Of a stretch of DNA of 64,000 nt, positions 53,448 through 63,246 are shown piece by piece. The notes below the pieces were generated by a model. The model did no database searches and was not told the DNA's origin. It was given only the letters and a program-made list of their open reading frames with translations. The stretch is from the NCBI GenBank assembly GCA_019747735.1, contig JAIEQL010000005.1:28365-92364 (forward strand), in the 5' to 3' direction. Both the position numbers and the translations under genes were made by a program. This DNA is from Chthoniobacterales bacterium. Its GTDB lineage: Bacteria > Verrucomicrobiota > Verrucomicrobiia > Chthoniobacterales > UBA6821. Position 1 is the stretch's first letter. Each line of letters opens with the position of its first letter.

Positions 53448-55784
53448 TCAAAGCAACGATTGCGGATCGACATCAATGGTAACAACAATTCCCTTGGGTG
53501 AGGGAAGAGACTTAAGAGCTGAATGGACTAGTCTCTGCATGGTCTTGATGGAGGGGCTTCGTAAAGCAAGATGAAAACGATATTGCCCATGTGTTTTTTC
53601 CAAAGGAGCAGGAACGGCTTCACCTACATGAATTGAAGAAGCAGCCCCGTTTTGAAATTTTTTTGCTAGAACCGCTGCGTGAAGAGCAACAGCTTCACGC
53701 AATACACCTCTGACTTGAAGCAAGATCATTCGTTGAAAAGGAGGATATCCAAACTGTTTTCGAAACTCCATTTCTTGCTCAAAAAACCCATGATAGTCGT
53801 GGTGACGTGAAAATTGAATAGAGGGACTTGTTGGTGTGAATGTTTGAATCATCACCTCTCCTTCACGATCACCGCGTCCAGCACGCCCCGCCACCTGTGT
53901 TAGAAGCTGAAATGTTTTTTCTCCTGCACGAAAATCGGGAGCGTGCAAGCTGGTATCAGCATTGATAATACCAACCAAGGTAACATTTGGAAAATCGAGC
54001 CCCTTAGCAATCATCTGAGTTCCAATAAGAATATCAATATGGCGAGCCCTAAATTGTTGAAATATTTCTTGATATGATTTTTTATGGCGCATTGTATCAG
54101 CATCCATCCGAAAACTACGTGCTTGAGGAAATGCTTGTCGGACGGCGGCTTCGACGCGTTGCGTCCCAACCCCTGAATAAAGAATTTCGGTACTACGGCA
54201 CTCAGGACAGGCTGTGGGTGGCTTTTCAATATGGCCACAGAGATGACAGATAAGTTTTTCCGTAACGCGATGAAACGTTAAGGACAAACTGCAATGTGGG
54301 CATGTAGAGGCTGTTCCACATTGTGGGCAAAGAAGAGCGCTGGAAAAACCGCGCCGATTTAAAAAAAGAATAATTTGTTCAGAACGCTCCAAGCGTAATT
54401 CTATCGCTTTGCGCAGCGGAAAAGAGAGAACGCTGTCAGCTCCTTTTTGTTTCCCTTGCAAACGGAGGTCGAGAACGCGCACGAGAGGCATTTTTTGTTG
54501 ATCAGCACGTTGCGGAAGTTCTAGCAAATGATATTTTTTAAGACGCGTATTTTGATAACTCTCGAGCGAAGGGGTCGCGCTTCCCAAAATGATGACGCAT
54601 TGCTCATAGTGGGCACGCATGACAGCCACATCACGCGCGTGATAGCGTGGCGTTTCCTCTTGTTTGTAGCTTGTCTCGTGCTCTTCATCGACAATGATGA
54701 GACCGAGATTTTGCAAAGGAGCAAAGATGGCACTTCGTGCTCCAATGACCACACGAGCCTCACCATGATACAAACGCAGCCATTCATCATGACGCTCCCT
54801 TTGAGAAAGATGACTGTGGAGTACAGCAATCAGTTTTCTCTCTCGCGTGGACTCTAATCGTGCTCGAAAGCGCTCTACTGTTTGTGGAGTAAGCGCAATT
54901 TCGGGAACCAAAACAATAACGGATTTGTCCAGGGAAAGCGCTTGCTCCATAGCGCGTAGATAAACTTCGGTTTTTCCACTGCCCGTCACGCCATGAAGCA
55001 AGAAGGGCTTTGGCGCTTGCTGAGAATGTTCCCGTTTTGTAAGTTCCTCACAAAGGAGCTGGACGACGTGCTCTTGATCTCGATTGAGCTTAGGAATAGG
55101 ACTAGGGAGTAACTCTTCTCCAGCAAAGAGATCAGATTCTATGGGCTGCTCCTCAATAGCGATCCATCCCGCGTTCATTAGTCCTTTTAGTGAGGCTGAA
55201 GAAGCTTTCGTTTTTTCTAATAGCAACGAAAGCTCTTTTTTTTCTTGCGCAAGAAGCATCTCTTCAAGAATGGCTTTTTGCTTGGGAGCCCTCTTACCAA
55301 GAGCCTCTAGAGTTGCCGCTGTCGGTTTTTTTAATAAAGAAACAAGGCGCTTTTTTTTTGCTGCTAACGAATCATTGCGAATAGTAGGAGGCAAGATTGA
55401 ACGCAAGACTGCGTCCAAAGAAGTGCAGTAATAATCAGCAATCCAATGTGCTAATTTCATGAGAAGAGGAGAAAGAAGCGGTTTGTTTTCTTCCTCCATC
55501 GTTGCATGATCAATGACAGCAAGGATCGGTTTGATTCCAGAAAACGAACAAGCCGAGTGCAACGATAAAACAACTCCCATGGCTTCTTTCCCTCTCAAAG
55601 CGACGCAAACGCGGCTTCCTACAAGAATGCGAGACGCCAACTCTTTTGGAACTGCATAGTCAAGTTGGGTTCCTTGGGTGCGATCAATCAGAATACGGGC
55701 GTAACCGCTACCATGCAGCGGTAGTTCGCAGTTGGCAGTTAACAGTTGACAGTCGCTTCGCGGTGTTCGGAACTTGTAGTACAA
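53448..55784 (-). CDS. priA: Primosomal replication-restart helicase PriA
   Basis: GVTGSGKTEVY, IVDEEHE, and the Cys-rich zinc region CPQCG...CPHC...CHLCG...CPEC. TTG start. The first ~25 codons read through a CAACTGN heptamer repeat. Confidence 0.9.
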   Translation of the reverse strand: MYYKFRTPRSDCQLLTANCELPLHGSGYARILIDRTQGTQLDYAVPKELASRILVGSRVCVALRGKEAMGVVLSLHSACSFSGIKPILAVIDHATMEEENKPLLSPLLMKLAHWIADYYCTSLDAVLRSILPPTIRNDSLAAKKKRLVSLLKKPTAATLEALGKRAPKQKAILEEMLLAQEKKELSLLLEKTKASSASLKGLMNAGWIAIEEQPIESDLFAGEELLPSPIPKLNRDQEHVVQLLCEELTKREHSQQAPKPFLLHGVTGSGKTEVYLRAMEQALSLDKSVIVLVPEIALTPQTVERFRARLESTRERKLIAVLHSHLSQRERHDEWLRLYHGEARVVIGARSAIFAPLQNLGLIIVDEEHETSYKQEETPRYHARDVAVMRAHYEQCVIILGSATPSLESYQNTRLKKYHLLELPQRADQQKMPLVRVLDLRLQGKQKGADSVLSFPLRKAIELRLERSEQIILFLNRRGFSSALLCPQCGTASTCPHCSLSLTFHRVTEKLICHLCGHIEKPPTACPECRSTEILYSGVGTQRVEAAVRQAFPQARSFRMDADTMRHKKSYQEIFQQFRARHIDILIGTQMIAKGLDFPNVTLVGIINADTSLHAPDFRAGEKTFQLLTQVAGRAGRGDREGEVMIQTFTPTSPSIQFSRHHDYHGFFEQEMEFRKQFGYPPFQRMILLQVRGVLREAVALHAAVLAKKFQNGAASSIHVGEAVPAPLEKTHGQYRFHLALRSPSIKTMQRLVHSALKSLPSPKGIVVTIDVDPQSLL

Positions 55785-55922
55785 AAAATTTTTAAAATAA
55801 AAACATTTTTTCTCTTCGGAGACTAGCGAACGAGAAATAATGTAAGTTTTCTCAAAAACGATCGAAAGATTCTGCGAACTGCCAACTATGAACTACCGCC
55901 TCTCATCGCTGCGGGATGAGAA

Positions 55923-55995
<73 letters not shown>

Positions 55996-56068
55996 GATTC
56001 TGAAAGAGGGATAAACTTAAAGAGTTTTTTTTTGTGGAGCAAGCTGCAAAATAGCGAAGAGTCTATGA

Positions 56069-56233
56069 GAGGGTGTCTTGAAAAGACTAAAATTGCGCAT
56101 TACGGCGTCGCAGGGAGGTACGTCATTCCCGCGAAGGCGGGAATCGCGTCCTCGAGTATGTCCATATACACTGCGGGTCTGTGCGCTTCGCTCCTGGTAC
56201 TGCATCAATTTTATTCATTTTCAAGACACCCTC
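56069..56233. mobile_element. MITE family B copy carrying a nested family F hairpin (B2)
   Basis: 165 bp with both TIRs intact. Relative to B1 an internal segment is replaced by gcagggaggtacgtcattcccgcgaaggcgggaatcgcg (hairpin at 56121-56146). Confidence 0.85.
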
Positions 56234-56351
56234 TGAGTAAGAGGTGAAGAGTGTAAAAATAACTGCGAAATGATTCTTTACTCTTCACTGCCCTCTAAAC
56301 TATTTGTTTCGTAGCTTCCAGCATAGGAGCTTAGTAAACAGCGGGATCTAG

Positions 56352-57758
56352 CTAAAATACAACCCCCATTTGAGCGCCTAACACCAGTGCATTAGCAATA
56401 GAAGCGCTTCCACCAGGGTTGATGACCCACTGTATATCTGGCTGAAAATAAGCAAATTTCGTGAGCAAGATGCGATAGCCACCTTCATAAACAAGTTCAT
56501 ACGTTCGATTTCCATTACCAGCAGCTTCCTGGACGCCTGCGTAGCTTGTGCTGAAATTTCCATAAGCTGCGCCAAAGATAGTGAGGTCTTCGCTGCGACC
56601 AGGAATAAGGCCGGTATAAATAGCGCCAGCATTGACTTGAAAGGGGAGCAAAGAAATATTTTGTTGTGGACTCAAGGCACAAGCTGACCAAAGTACTAAT
56701 CCTTTGTCGCTAGTGGGTTCAGGCCGATAGACTGTTTGATCGGCATGCCAATAGAATCCGTAGGCATTGGGTATTTGAAGGGTGCTGTTAAATTGAGAAT
56801 ACTCCATACTCGAGTAATATCCGCCCATCCAATAATGACCTTGAAATCCTTTAATTACGCTAGCAGGAAGATTAGTGCGGGAACCCGGTGGTTTTACAAA
56901 GAGATCACGAGCCTCTTTCATTTTATTAGTAGGTTGTGCTCGATGAGAAAAAGAGGACTTAAAAAATTCTGGAGTCCATTCGTATTGACTGAAAAGCATT
57001 ACTCCATTACTGGGATAAAAATTCCAATTAAGGCCATTAGTGGAAGGTTGAGGTACGGCTTGATAAACGCCGAGCTTCAAGAGCATGTCAGCAGGAAGCT
57101 TCGCTTTTAAATAACTTCCCCAGGTAGCATTGGGGCAAACAGAGGCTCGGCTATTGACCGGCACAGCTTGGATCATGCCATCAATTCCATTATTCATATA
57201 CAGCCAATAAAGAGGAGAGGTCTCAAAATCGTCTCCCACAGCAATACGCCCTATCTTAAGGCTGACTCGATCATTCCAAAAATCTTGTTGGTAAGAGAGC
57301 TGATACCAATGGATGGTAGGTCCTCCATAAATCTGCTGGACGGTAAATGCGTTGCGAATATTTTGCTGCGAAAGATTGGAGCCATCACGTTGGATCGCAC
57401 TCACCATGAAATAACCACCATGCCATCCAAAAAGTTTTTCTGTTTCCACAAGACACGCAAAAGCAAAGCTATCTGTGTAAGTAAACCCACCGGGACTTTT
57501 TCCGCCGACAGGATTGCCAGCCATATCAGCGGTGTAAGTAATCGAAGGCCCTACTCCTTTTGATTCCAAGCTCTCTCGCCAGCCAAACCAATTTCCCGAA
57601 GCACGTTCATACTCCATGATGGTATGAGGCACATCTGCAATGGTGTTGTAAGGAGAATTTTCTGATAGGTTGAGGCCATTGGTCGTAGAGAGCAGAGCAG
57701 CTTGAAGAGACGTTGAAAAGCAGAGTACTGTTGCTGTAAAAAAATGAAGAGGGCGCAT
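56352..57758 (-). CDS. oprB: OprB-family carbohydrate-selective porin
   Basis: Signal peptide MRPLHFFTATVLCFSTSLQA. Aromatic-rich beta-barrel pattern, C-terminal ...LGAQMGVVF, about 470 aa. Confidence 0.7.
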   Translation of the reverse strand: MRPLHFFTATVLCFSTSLQAALLSTTNGLNLSENSPYNTIADVPHTIMEYERASGNWFGWRESLESKGVGPSITYTADMAGNPVGGKSPGGFTYTDSFAFACLVETEKLFGWHGGYFMVSAIQRDGSNLSQQNIRNAFTVQQIYGGPTIHWYQLSYQQDFWNDRVSLKIGRIAVGDDFETSPLYWLYMNNGIDGMIQAVPVNSRASVCPNATWGSYLKAKLPADMLLKLGVYQAVPQPSTNGLNWNFYPSNGVMLFSQYEWTPEFFKSSFSHRAQPTNKMKEARDLFVKPPGSRTNLPASVIKGFQGHYWMGGYYSSMEYSQFNSTLQIPNAYGFYWHADQTVYRPEPTSDKGLVLWSACALSPQQNISLLPFQVNAGAIYTGLIPGRSEDLTIFGAAYGNFSTSYAGVQEAAGNGNRTYELVYEGGYRILLTKFAYFQPDIQWVINPGGSASIANALVLGAQMGVVF

Positions 57759-57847
57759 GATCAGTGCTAAATTATTTTTTTTGATTAGCCGAAGGCCTTA
57801 CTATAGCCTAAAGCCTTTAGCCTATAGCCTACAGCCTTTCTATCAAT

Positions 57848-58528
57848 ATGAGTTTTTCAATGTACTTTCTCCTCATTGGCGTGCCTCTTCTCTTAGGTCT
57901 TTGGGCACAACTGCGCGTTAGTTCTGCTTTTAATCGTTACAAAAAAATCGGCGTTAGCTCTGGATTTACCGGAGCAGAAGTAGCACAAAAAATAATCGAT
58001 GCGGCTGGATTACAGGATGTCTCCATCCTTCCAGCAGAAGGGATCATGAGCGATCATTACGATCCCTCTAAAAAGTGCTTACATCTTTCCTCTGATGTTT
58101 TTTATGGCAACTCGATTACTTCGGTAGGTGTTGCTGCACATGAGTGTGGTCATGCACTTCAACATCAGGCCGATTATGGGCCTTTAAAATTGAGAACACT
58201 GCTAGTTCCTGCCACTCAATTTTCCTCAAAACTTCTCCCTTTTGTGATTCTTGGAGGATTCTTTTTTCATCTGGCAAATTTAATCACACTTGGAATTGCT
58301 TGTTATGCGGTTCTTGCCGTTTTTCAATTAATAACCTTGCCTGTAGAATTTGATGCTTCTTCTCGCGCTAAAGTAACATTGAAAAAAATGGGCATCATCC
58401 AATCATCAGGTGAGATTAAAGGTGTCGATGCTGTTCTTGATGCCGCTGCTTGGACCTATATTGCAGCTTTTGTAGCAGCCATTGGAAATTTGATTTACCT
58501 CATGATGATCCGGCGTGAACAACGTTAG
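57848..58528 (+). CDS. Membrane zinc metallopeptidase (Zn_peptidase_2 type)
   Basis: N-terminal TM, ...HYDPSKKCLHLS..., HExxH as AAHECGHALQH, C-terminal TM helices. Confidence 0.85.
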   Translation: MSFSMYFLLIGVPLLLGLWAQLRVSSAFNRYKKIGVSSGFTGAEVAQKIIDAAGLQDVSILPAEGIMSDHYDPSKKCLHLSSDVFYGNSITSVGVAAHECGHALQHQADYGPLKLRTLLVPATQFSSKLLPFVILGGFFFHLANLITLGIACYAVLAVFQLITLPVEFDASSRAKVTLKKMGIIQSSGEIKGVDAVLDAAAWTYIAAFVAAIGNLIYLMMIRREQR

Positions 58529-58631
58529 AGCGCATATCTTTCTCGGATGAATTTTAGCTTTATTTATTTTTGGGCCAAAGCCCGAAGATCCCTCAAAACC
58601 AAACTACAAGCACTCAAACTTCTTCATAGAC

Positions 58632-59435
58632 ATGTCTTTTTTGACTCAACCTCCAGTTGTTCTCTCTATTGCTGGTTCTGATTGCTCTGCAGGAGCTGGC
58701 ATTCAAGCCGATCTCAAGACGTTTAGCTCTTTTGGTTGTTATGGCCTCACGGCAGTAACCTGTATTGTTGCCGAGATTCCTGGAAAAGTTGTTTCTATTC
58801 AACCGATCGAACCAAAGATTGTGAGGGATCAGATTGCTCTTCTTTTTAAAACATATCCTATAGCCGCTTTTAAGACCGGAATGCTCTTTTCAACTCCTAT
58901 TATTGAGGTGTTGGCGGAAGTCCTTGGTGAACTCAAATCCCCCCCTTTACTTGTTATCGATCCCGTCATGATTGCTAGTAGCGGTGATTCTTTACTAACT
59001 CCAGATGCTATCAATGCTTATTACCATCATCTTTTTCCAAGAGCTTCCTTAATCACGCCCAACCTTGATGAATTGACCTTCTTAGCGGGAGGTATAAAAA
59101 TACCACGCTCTCTTGAAGAGATGGGGCAGCTGGGACTTCACCTTATGAAAAAAATCAACAAACCACTTTTACTTAAAGGGGGGCACCTTAAGCAAAAAGA
59201 AGCGACAGACCTTTTGCTTATGCCTGACGGAAGCGAAGAACTATTTTCAGCTCCCTTTTTTAAAAATGCAGAAACGCATGGGACTGGATGTACCTACTCT
59301 GCAGCCATTACAGCAGGACTTGCCAAAGGCAACTCACTTTCAAGGGCCATCAGCGAGGCTAAGTCCTTCATTACCCAAGCCATCATCAATACCCATCAAT
59401 GGGGTGAGGTGAGAGCCTTGAAACAGACTCGTTAG
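58632..59435 (+). CDS. thiD: Hydroxymethylpyrimidine/phosphomethylpyrimidine kinase
   Basis: VLSIAGSDCSAGAGIQADLKTF, ...KGGHL..., GTGCTYSAAITAGLA. Confidence 0.85.
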   Translation: MSFLTQPPVVLSIAGSDCSAGAGIQADLKTFSSFGCYGLTAVTCIVAEIPGKVVSIQPIEPKIVRDQIALLFKTYPIAAFKTGMLFSTPIIEVLAEVLGELKSPPLLVIDPVMIASSGDSLLTPDAINAYYHHLFPRASLITPNLDELTFLAGGIKIPRSLEEMGQLGLHLMKKINKPLLLKGGHLKQKEATDLLLMPDGSEELFSAPFFKNAETHGTGCTYSAAITAGLAKGNSLSRAISEAKSFITQAIINTHQWGEVRALKQTR

Positions 59436-59508
59436 GTAGCGCTCGAACACTTTTACTTTTTAGAGCATCATTAAAAAAATTTGCAGTCGATGCAGTGCCA
59501 GGAGCTGA

Positions 59509-59623
59509 GAGGGTGTCTTGAAAATGAATAAAATTGATGCAGTACCAGGAGCGAAGCGCACAGACCCGCAGTGTATAGGGACATACTCGAGGACGCGAGC
59601 ACTGGAGCGACGCCGTAATGCGC
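59509..59623. mobile_element. MITE family B, 3'-truncated copy (B3)
   Basis: Left TIR gagggtgtcttgaaaatgaataaaattgatgcagtaccagg... aligns to B1 up to ...gccgtaatgcgc. The right TIR is missing. Confidence 0.75.
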
Positions 59624-59647
59624 GGCTAGAGAATTTTTTAATATGCT

Positions 59648-62600
59648 CTAAATCCAAACAACCTTGGCTTCAAGAGCCATGAGTCCAGGAACTAATTTTC
59701 GCAACGCCTCGCCATAGGCATCCAATTGAGGTTGATAAAAAAGTCGTTTCTTTTCTCTTTCCTCATTCCGTTGAGGTGCTGTTTTAAAATCAATAATCGT
59801 CCCTATAACTCCTGCTGGCGTGCTATGGAGAACGACTCGGTCAAAGGTTCCAGTAAGGAGTTCTCTTTTTTCAGAAAGAACAACAGCAAAAGAACGTTCT
59901 CGCCAAACCTGTAATGACATTTCTTTTTCCGGATACTGACCCCAAAAAGTAGCACGTTGAAAAACAGCTTTTAATTCGTGCTCCCTCTGAAATCGCTCTA
60001 AGAGGTCTTTTGCAGAATACAAGGTTTTTTGAAAAGGAAAACGATCAACAAGAAGTGATGCCCAGCTTTCAGCAGTTGGGAGTTTTTCCTCGAGCCATTC
60101 TATCTCTGCAAGAAGAGCATGCTTGAGGATACCTTCCTTGCGCACAGCACTATCATAAAATTGCTGAGCAAGTGAAGTGTCTTTAGAGTTGTTTTCTTGA
60201 GTAGGGGAACGTAAGGAAAGTTTTTTGAGAGGAGCTGTTTTACATTCCAGTGTCGGCACAATTTCCCGAGGGAGTGTCGCTTGTTGATGAGCTTGTTTTT
60301 GTTCACGCCATGATTTTCCTGTAGCATGATGAGCTTTTAAGCCAGAAGCTCGTAACCATTGAGCAATGCTTTTTTTGGAAGAATTAGAAGAGGGTAAAAT
60401 AACCAGATCAAGATAAGAAATAGCGCGCGTCATACCGACATAGAGCAAGCTGAGTGCCTCCGCCCATTGCTCCTGGTGAAGTTCTTCCAGCTGTTTTTTC
60501 CTTCCTTGTAACGCCATCATCTCTTGGGAAGTTTGAATAAAAAAAACACCATGGTTATCTCGATGGAGACGTAATCTCTCATGAGCACCAGCAAAAATAT
60601 TGGTATCGAGATCCATTAAAATAACGCTTTCAAATTCTAGTCCTTTGGAAGCATGGATACTTAAGACGCGCACCCCTTGATTTAATGGGCTTTCAATGCG
60701 TTGGTGACGCACTTGCTCTACAAAATCTGAAAGCGTTTTTGTTATTTCAAAACGATGAGCCATACTCACCAGTTGTTGAAGTCTTTCTCGCTCATAGCTG
60801 CTGCAAGCCTCATAAAAAGAGGGAATAACGATCCAGGCACGTAACATTTTTGGAAGACCTTGTGTCATTATTTGTTTTCTTAAAGCAAGAGGGGAATCGT
60901 TGAGCACTATCGCAAGAGGAGAACAAGTGACATGCTCATAAGTAGCACTGTTTCCTGGATGATCGATCCAGGAAAGAAGCGAAAGAAGCACTTCGACAGC
61001 AAGTGTATCAGCAAGAGGATTTCCTCCTTCTCCACTCGCTAAGATGCCTCGGCTGCGCAGGGCTGAGAGCAATGGTGGAATAAACTTAGTGCGACGCACG
61101 AGAATGGCCACTTCACGCTCGGGATCTTCATCGCGATGTAGTACCACTAGCTCGATGACCTTTTGAAGAACAGAGGAGAGTGGCTCTTCTACTTCGTGTA
61201 ATAAAACCCGTCCACCAAGCTCTGGCAAAGAGGAGGCTCTCTGCTGCGGTTCAAAATCAAGACACCAACGTGCTGCTGCTTTTTTAAAAGCAGGCTCTGT
61301 TTCCATTTTTAAAAGAGCCTCTTCATTGTTGAGAGCTGAAAAAACTTCATTCACAGCGGCCAAGACAGCATTACTGGAGCGGTAGCTTTCATGCAACGAA
61401 GGGACGGACAAAAGATAGGGAGCATATTCCTCTTCAAGGCTCTGTAAGAGATAGCGCTTCCCTCCACGCCAACCATAAATCCCTTGTTTGACATCACCGA
61501 CGACAAAAGTAGTTCCTCCTTTGGCCAAAACTTCCTTCATTAAGAAAGAGAGAAAGTTGTGTTGGCGTTGACTAGTGTCCTGATATTCATCAAGGAGAAG
61601 ATGTTCAACCCTTGATTCTAAGCTCCTTGCAAGGTCATTGGTGAGAAATTGAGAGAATGCGCCCGTCACGATCGCCTCAATTTCCTCAAACGTATAAGCG
61701 CCTGCCTGAAACGCTTCTTCATAACGAAGTTGCTGATACCGCTCCATCAACCTCTCTAATGTTTCCTCTCGCAAAAGAGCAAGGCGTCTTTGCTCCTGGG
61801 CAGAAGCTTTTATAAGAGGGACCAGCTGCGTGAGAAACTCTTCAGGGATGGGCTTCCCATAAAAAGAAGGCTCTTCTTTCAAGCACTGCATCGTTAAGGA
61901 GCTAAGGTTCCAAAGATCCTTGAGCAAGAGTGGCTCTGCAGAAGCCTCTTTTAATTGTTGAAGTGCTTTTTTCCAATGAGTGTTTGGTTTTCCTTGAGCT
62001 GTTAAGGGCGGAGAAAAAGATTCTAAAAAAGTGCGAAGGCTCTCCGCTTCTTTTTGAGTGAGCAAGCGAGGACCAGACTCTTCTGAACCCCTTGCAATCA
62101 GGGACTCTTGGCCTTTCTTCATTAAATTTCTTGCAAAAAAATGATTTTTTTCTAAAAGAGCAGCAGCCTCTTCCAAAAAAGAAACACGACGGGTAAAATG
62201 ATGAATCGCAGACCATTCTCTTGCAAAATCGGCATCTTTTTCTACAAGTCGTAGTACCGTTTTTTTAGCAAGAAGATCCCGGAGATCGCTGTCAGCAAGA
62301 CTCCAACAAGGAGCCATTCCTAAATCAAGTGCCTGTGCCTGCGCTTGCTTAGCAAAAAGAGCATCAATGGTTTCTATGGAAAGGCGGTCTACTTGCTCCA
62401 CCAAAAGCCGCAATAAGCGATAACAGTGATCCTGTGTGGGAGAAGGCAATCCAGTTCTTTCCACGATGCGTGATCTCATTTCTTCATGAGTACACGCTGT
62501 AGCGACAACTTTAAAAATGCGTGCAAGCATCTCCCCAGCGGCTTTACGGGTAAAGGTCACCGCAAGAATGCTAGCGGGATCAACGCGATGTCCATGAGCA

Positions 62601-62689
62601 TCAGCAGCCAGCAAAATTTGTAAGTAACGGCGCGCTAGCTGCTCAGTCTTACCAGAGCCAGCAGAAGCCCGTTGAACAAGAAGAGGCAT
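59648..62689 (-). CDS. UvrD/AddA-type helicase with a C-terminal PD-(D/E)XK nuclease domain
   Basis: Walker A ASAGSGKTE, LLLDEYQDTS, VGDVKQGIYGWRGG, and the C-terminal GTFDRVVL...IIDFKT nuclease motif. No addB-like partner is in the window. Confidence 0.8.
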   Translation of the reverse strand: MPLLVQRASAGSGKTEQLARRYLQILLAADAHGHRVDPASILAVTFTRKAAGEMLARIFKVVATACTHEEMRSRIVERTGLPSPTQDHCYRLLRLLVEQVDRLSIETIDALFAKQAQAQALDLGMAPCWSLADSDLRDLLAKKTVLRLVEKDADFAREWSAIHHFTRRVSFLEEAAALLEKNHFFARNLMKKGQESLIARGSEESGPRLLTQKEAESLRTFLESFSPPLTAQGKPNTHWKKALQQLKEASAEPLLLKDLWNLSSLTMQCLKEEPSFYGKPIPEEFLTQLVPLIKASAQEQRRLALLREETLERLMERYQQLRYEEAFQAGAYTFEEIEAIVTGAFSQFLTNDLARSLESRVEHLLLDEYQDTSQRQHNFLSFLMKEVLAKGGTTFVVGDVKQGIYGWRGGKRYLLQSLEEEYAPYLLSVPSLHESYRSSNAVLAAVNEVFSALNNEEALLKMETEPAFKKAAARWCLDFEPQQRASSLPELGGRVLLHEVEEPLSSVLQKVIELVVLHRDEDPEREVAILVRRTKFIPPLLSALRSRGILASGEGGNPLADTLAVEVLLSLLSWIDHPGNSATYEHVTCSPLAIVLNDSPLALRKQIMTQGLPKMLRAWIVIPSFYEACSSYERERLQQLVSMAHRFEITKTLSDFVEQVRHQRIESPLNQGVRVLSIHASKGLEFESVILMDLDTNIFAGAHERLRLHRDNHGVFFIQTSQEMMALQGRKKQLEELHQEQWAEALSLLYVGMTRAISYLDLVILPSSNSSKKSIAQWLRASGLKAHHATGKSWREQKQAHQQATLPREIVPTLECKTAPLKKLSLRSPTQENNSKDTSLAQQFYDSAVRKEGILKHALLAEIEWLEEKLPTAESWASLLVDRFPFQKTLYSAKDLLERFQREHELKAVFQRATFWGQYPEKEMSLQVWRERSFAVVLSEKRELLTGTFDRVVLHSTPAGVIGTIIDFKTAPQRNEEREKKRLFYQPQLDAYGEALRKLVPGLMALEAKVVWI

Positions 62690-62874
62690 GGGGAAAGGTA
62701 GCTAGAGCAAGTGGACTATTTTTGAAGATGAATATTTATTTTTGTTTGATGACTGTTCCAACTACAGACCAAATAATGAGTAATGGGTCGATTTTTGAAT
62801 CCTTTTTTCAAAACATCGAGTATCAAGCAACAATAAACCTTGATTTTCAAAAATCGCGTCCGTACGGACAAACC

Positions 62875-63234
62875 CTAACTATAATGCGCCTCTTTTTTTA
62901 CAGTAACAGCAACACACTCAGCATTGGGTAAAATAAATTTGCGAACAGTGAATTCAACCCAGAGGAGCGGAAAAAAAGTAAGCAATCTTTCACTTAATTT
63001 ATCAGCAAGGGTTTCAATAAGCTGCCAAGGATGAGCTTGGCATTCTCGTTCGAGATAAACACTCACTGCATGATAATCTATCGTGGTTGAAAGATCATCA
63101 TTTAACTCTTCAGGCTGTGATAGGGCTACAAAACTTACATCTAAAAGAAGGCGTTGTGGCTCAGAACGTTCTTCATCAGAAGCGCCAATATTCACCATCA
63201 CAGCGAGGCCTTTAATTTGAATGAGTCGGTCCAT
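62875..63234 (-). CDS. folB: Dihydroneopterin aldolase
   Basis: 119 aa, IQIKGLAVMVNIGASDEERSEPQRLLLDVSF...IDYHAVS (FolB pattern). Confidence 0.7.
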   Translation of the reverse strand: MDRLIQIKGLAVMVNIGASDEERSEPQRLLLDVSFVALSQPEELNDDLSTTIDYHAVSVYLERECQAHPWQLIETLADKLSERLLTFFPLLWVEFTVRKFILPNAECVAVTVKKEAHYS

Positions 63235-63246
63235 GGTATTTTTTTC

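Noticed and set aside
57790-57847. Possibility that the short tandem repeats (agcctNN and the like) are CRISPR arrays.
   Set aside because: The units are only 6-8 nt, directly tandem without spacers, and 20-45 nt in total. No cas genes are present.
58529-58631. TPP riboswitch upstream of thiD.
   Set aside because: Neither the conserved CUGAGA box nor the ACCUGAUCUGGAUAAUGCCAGCG-like pyrimidine-sensing helix could be found.
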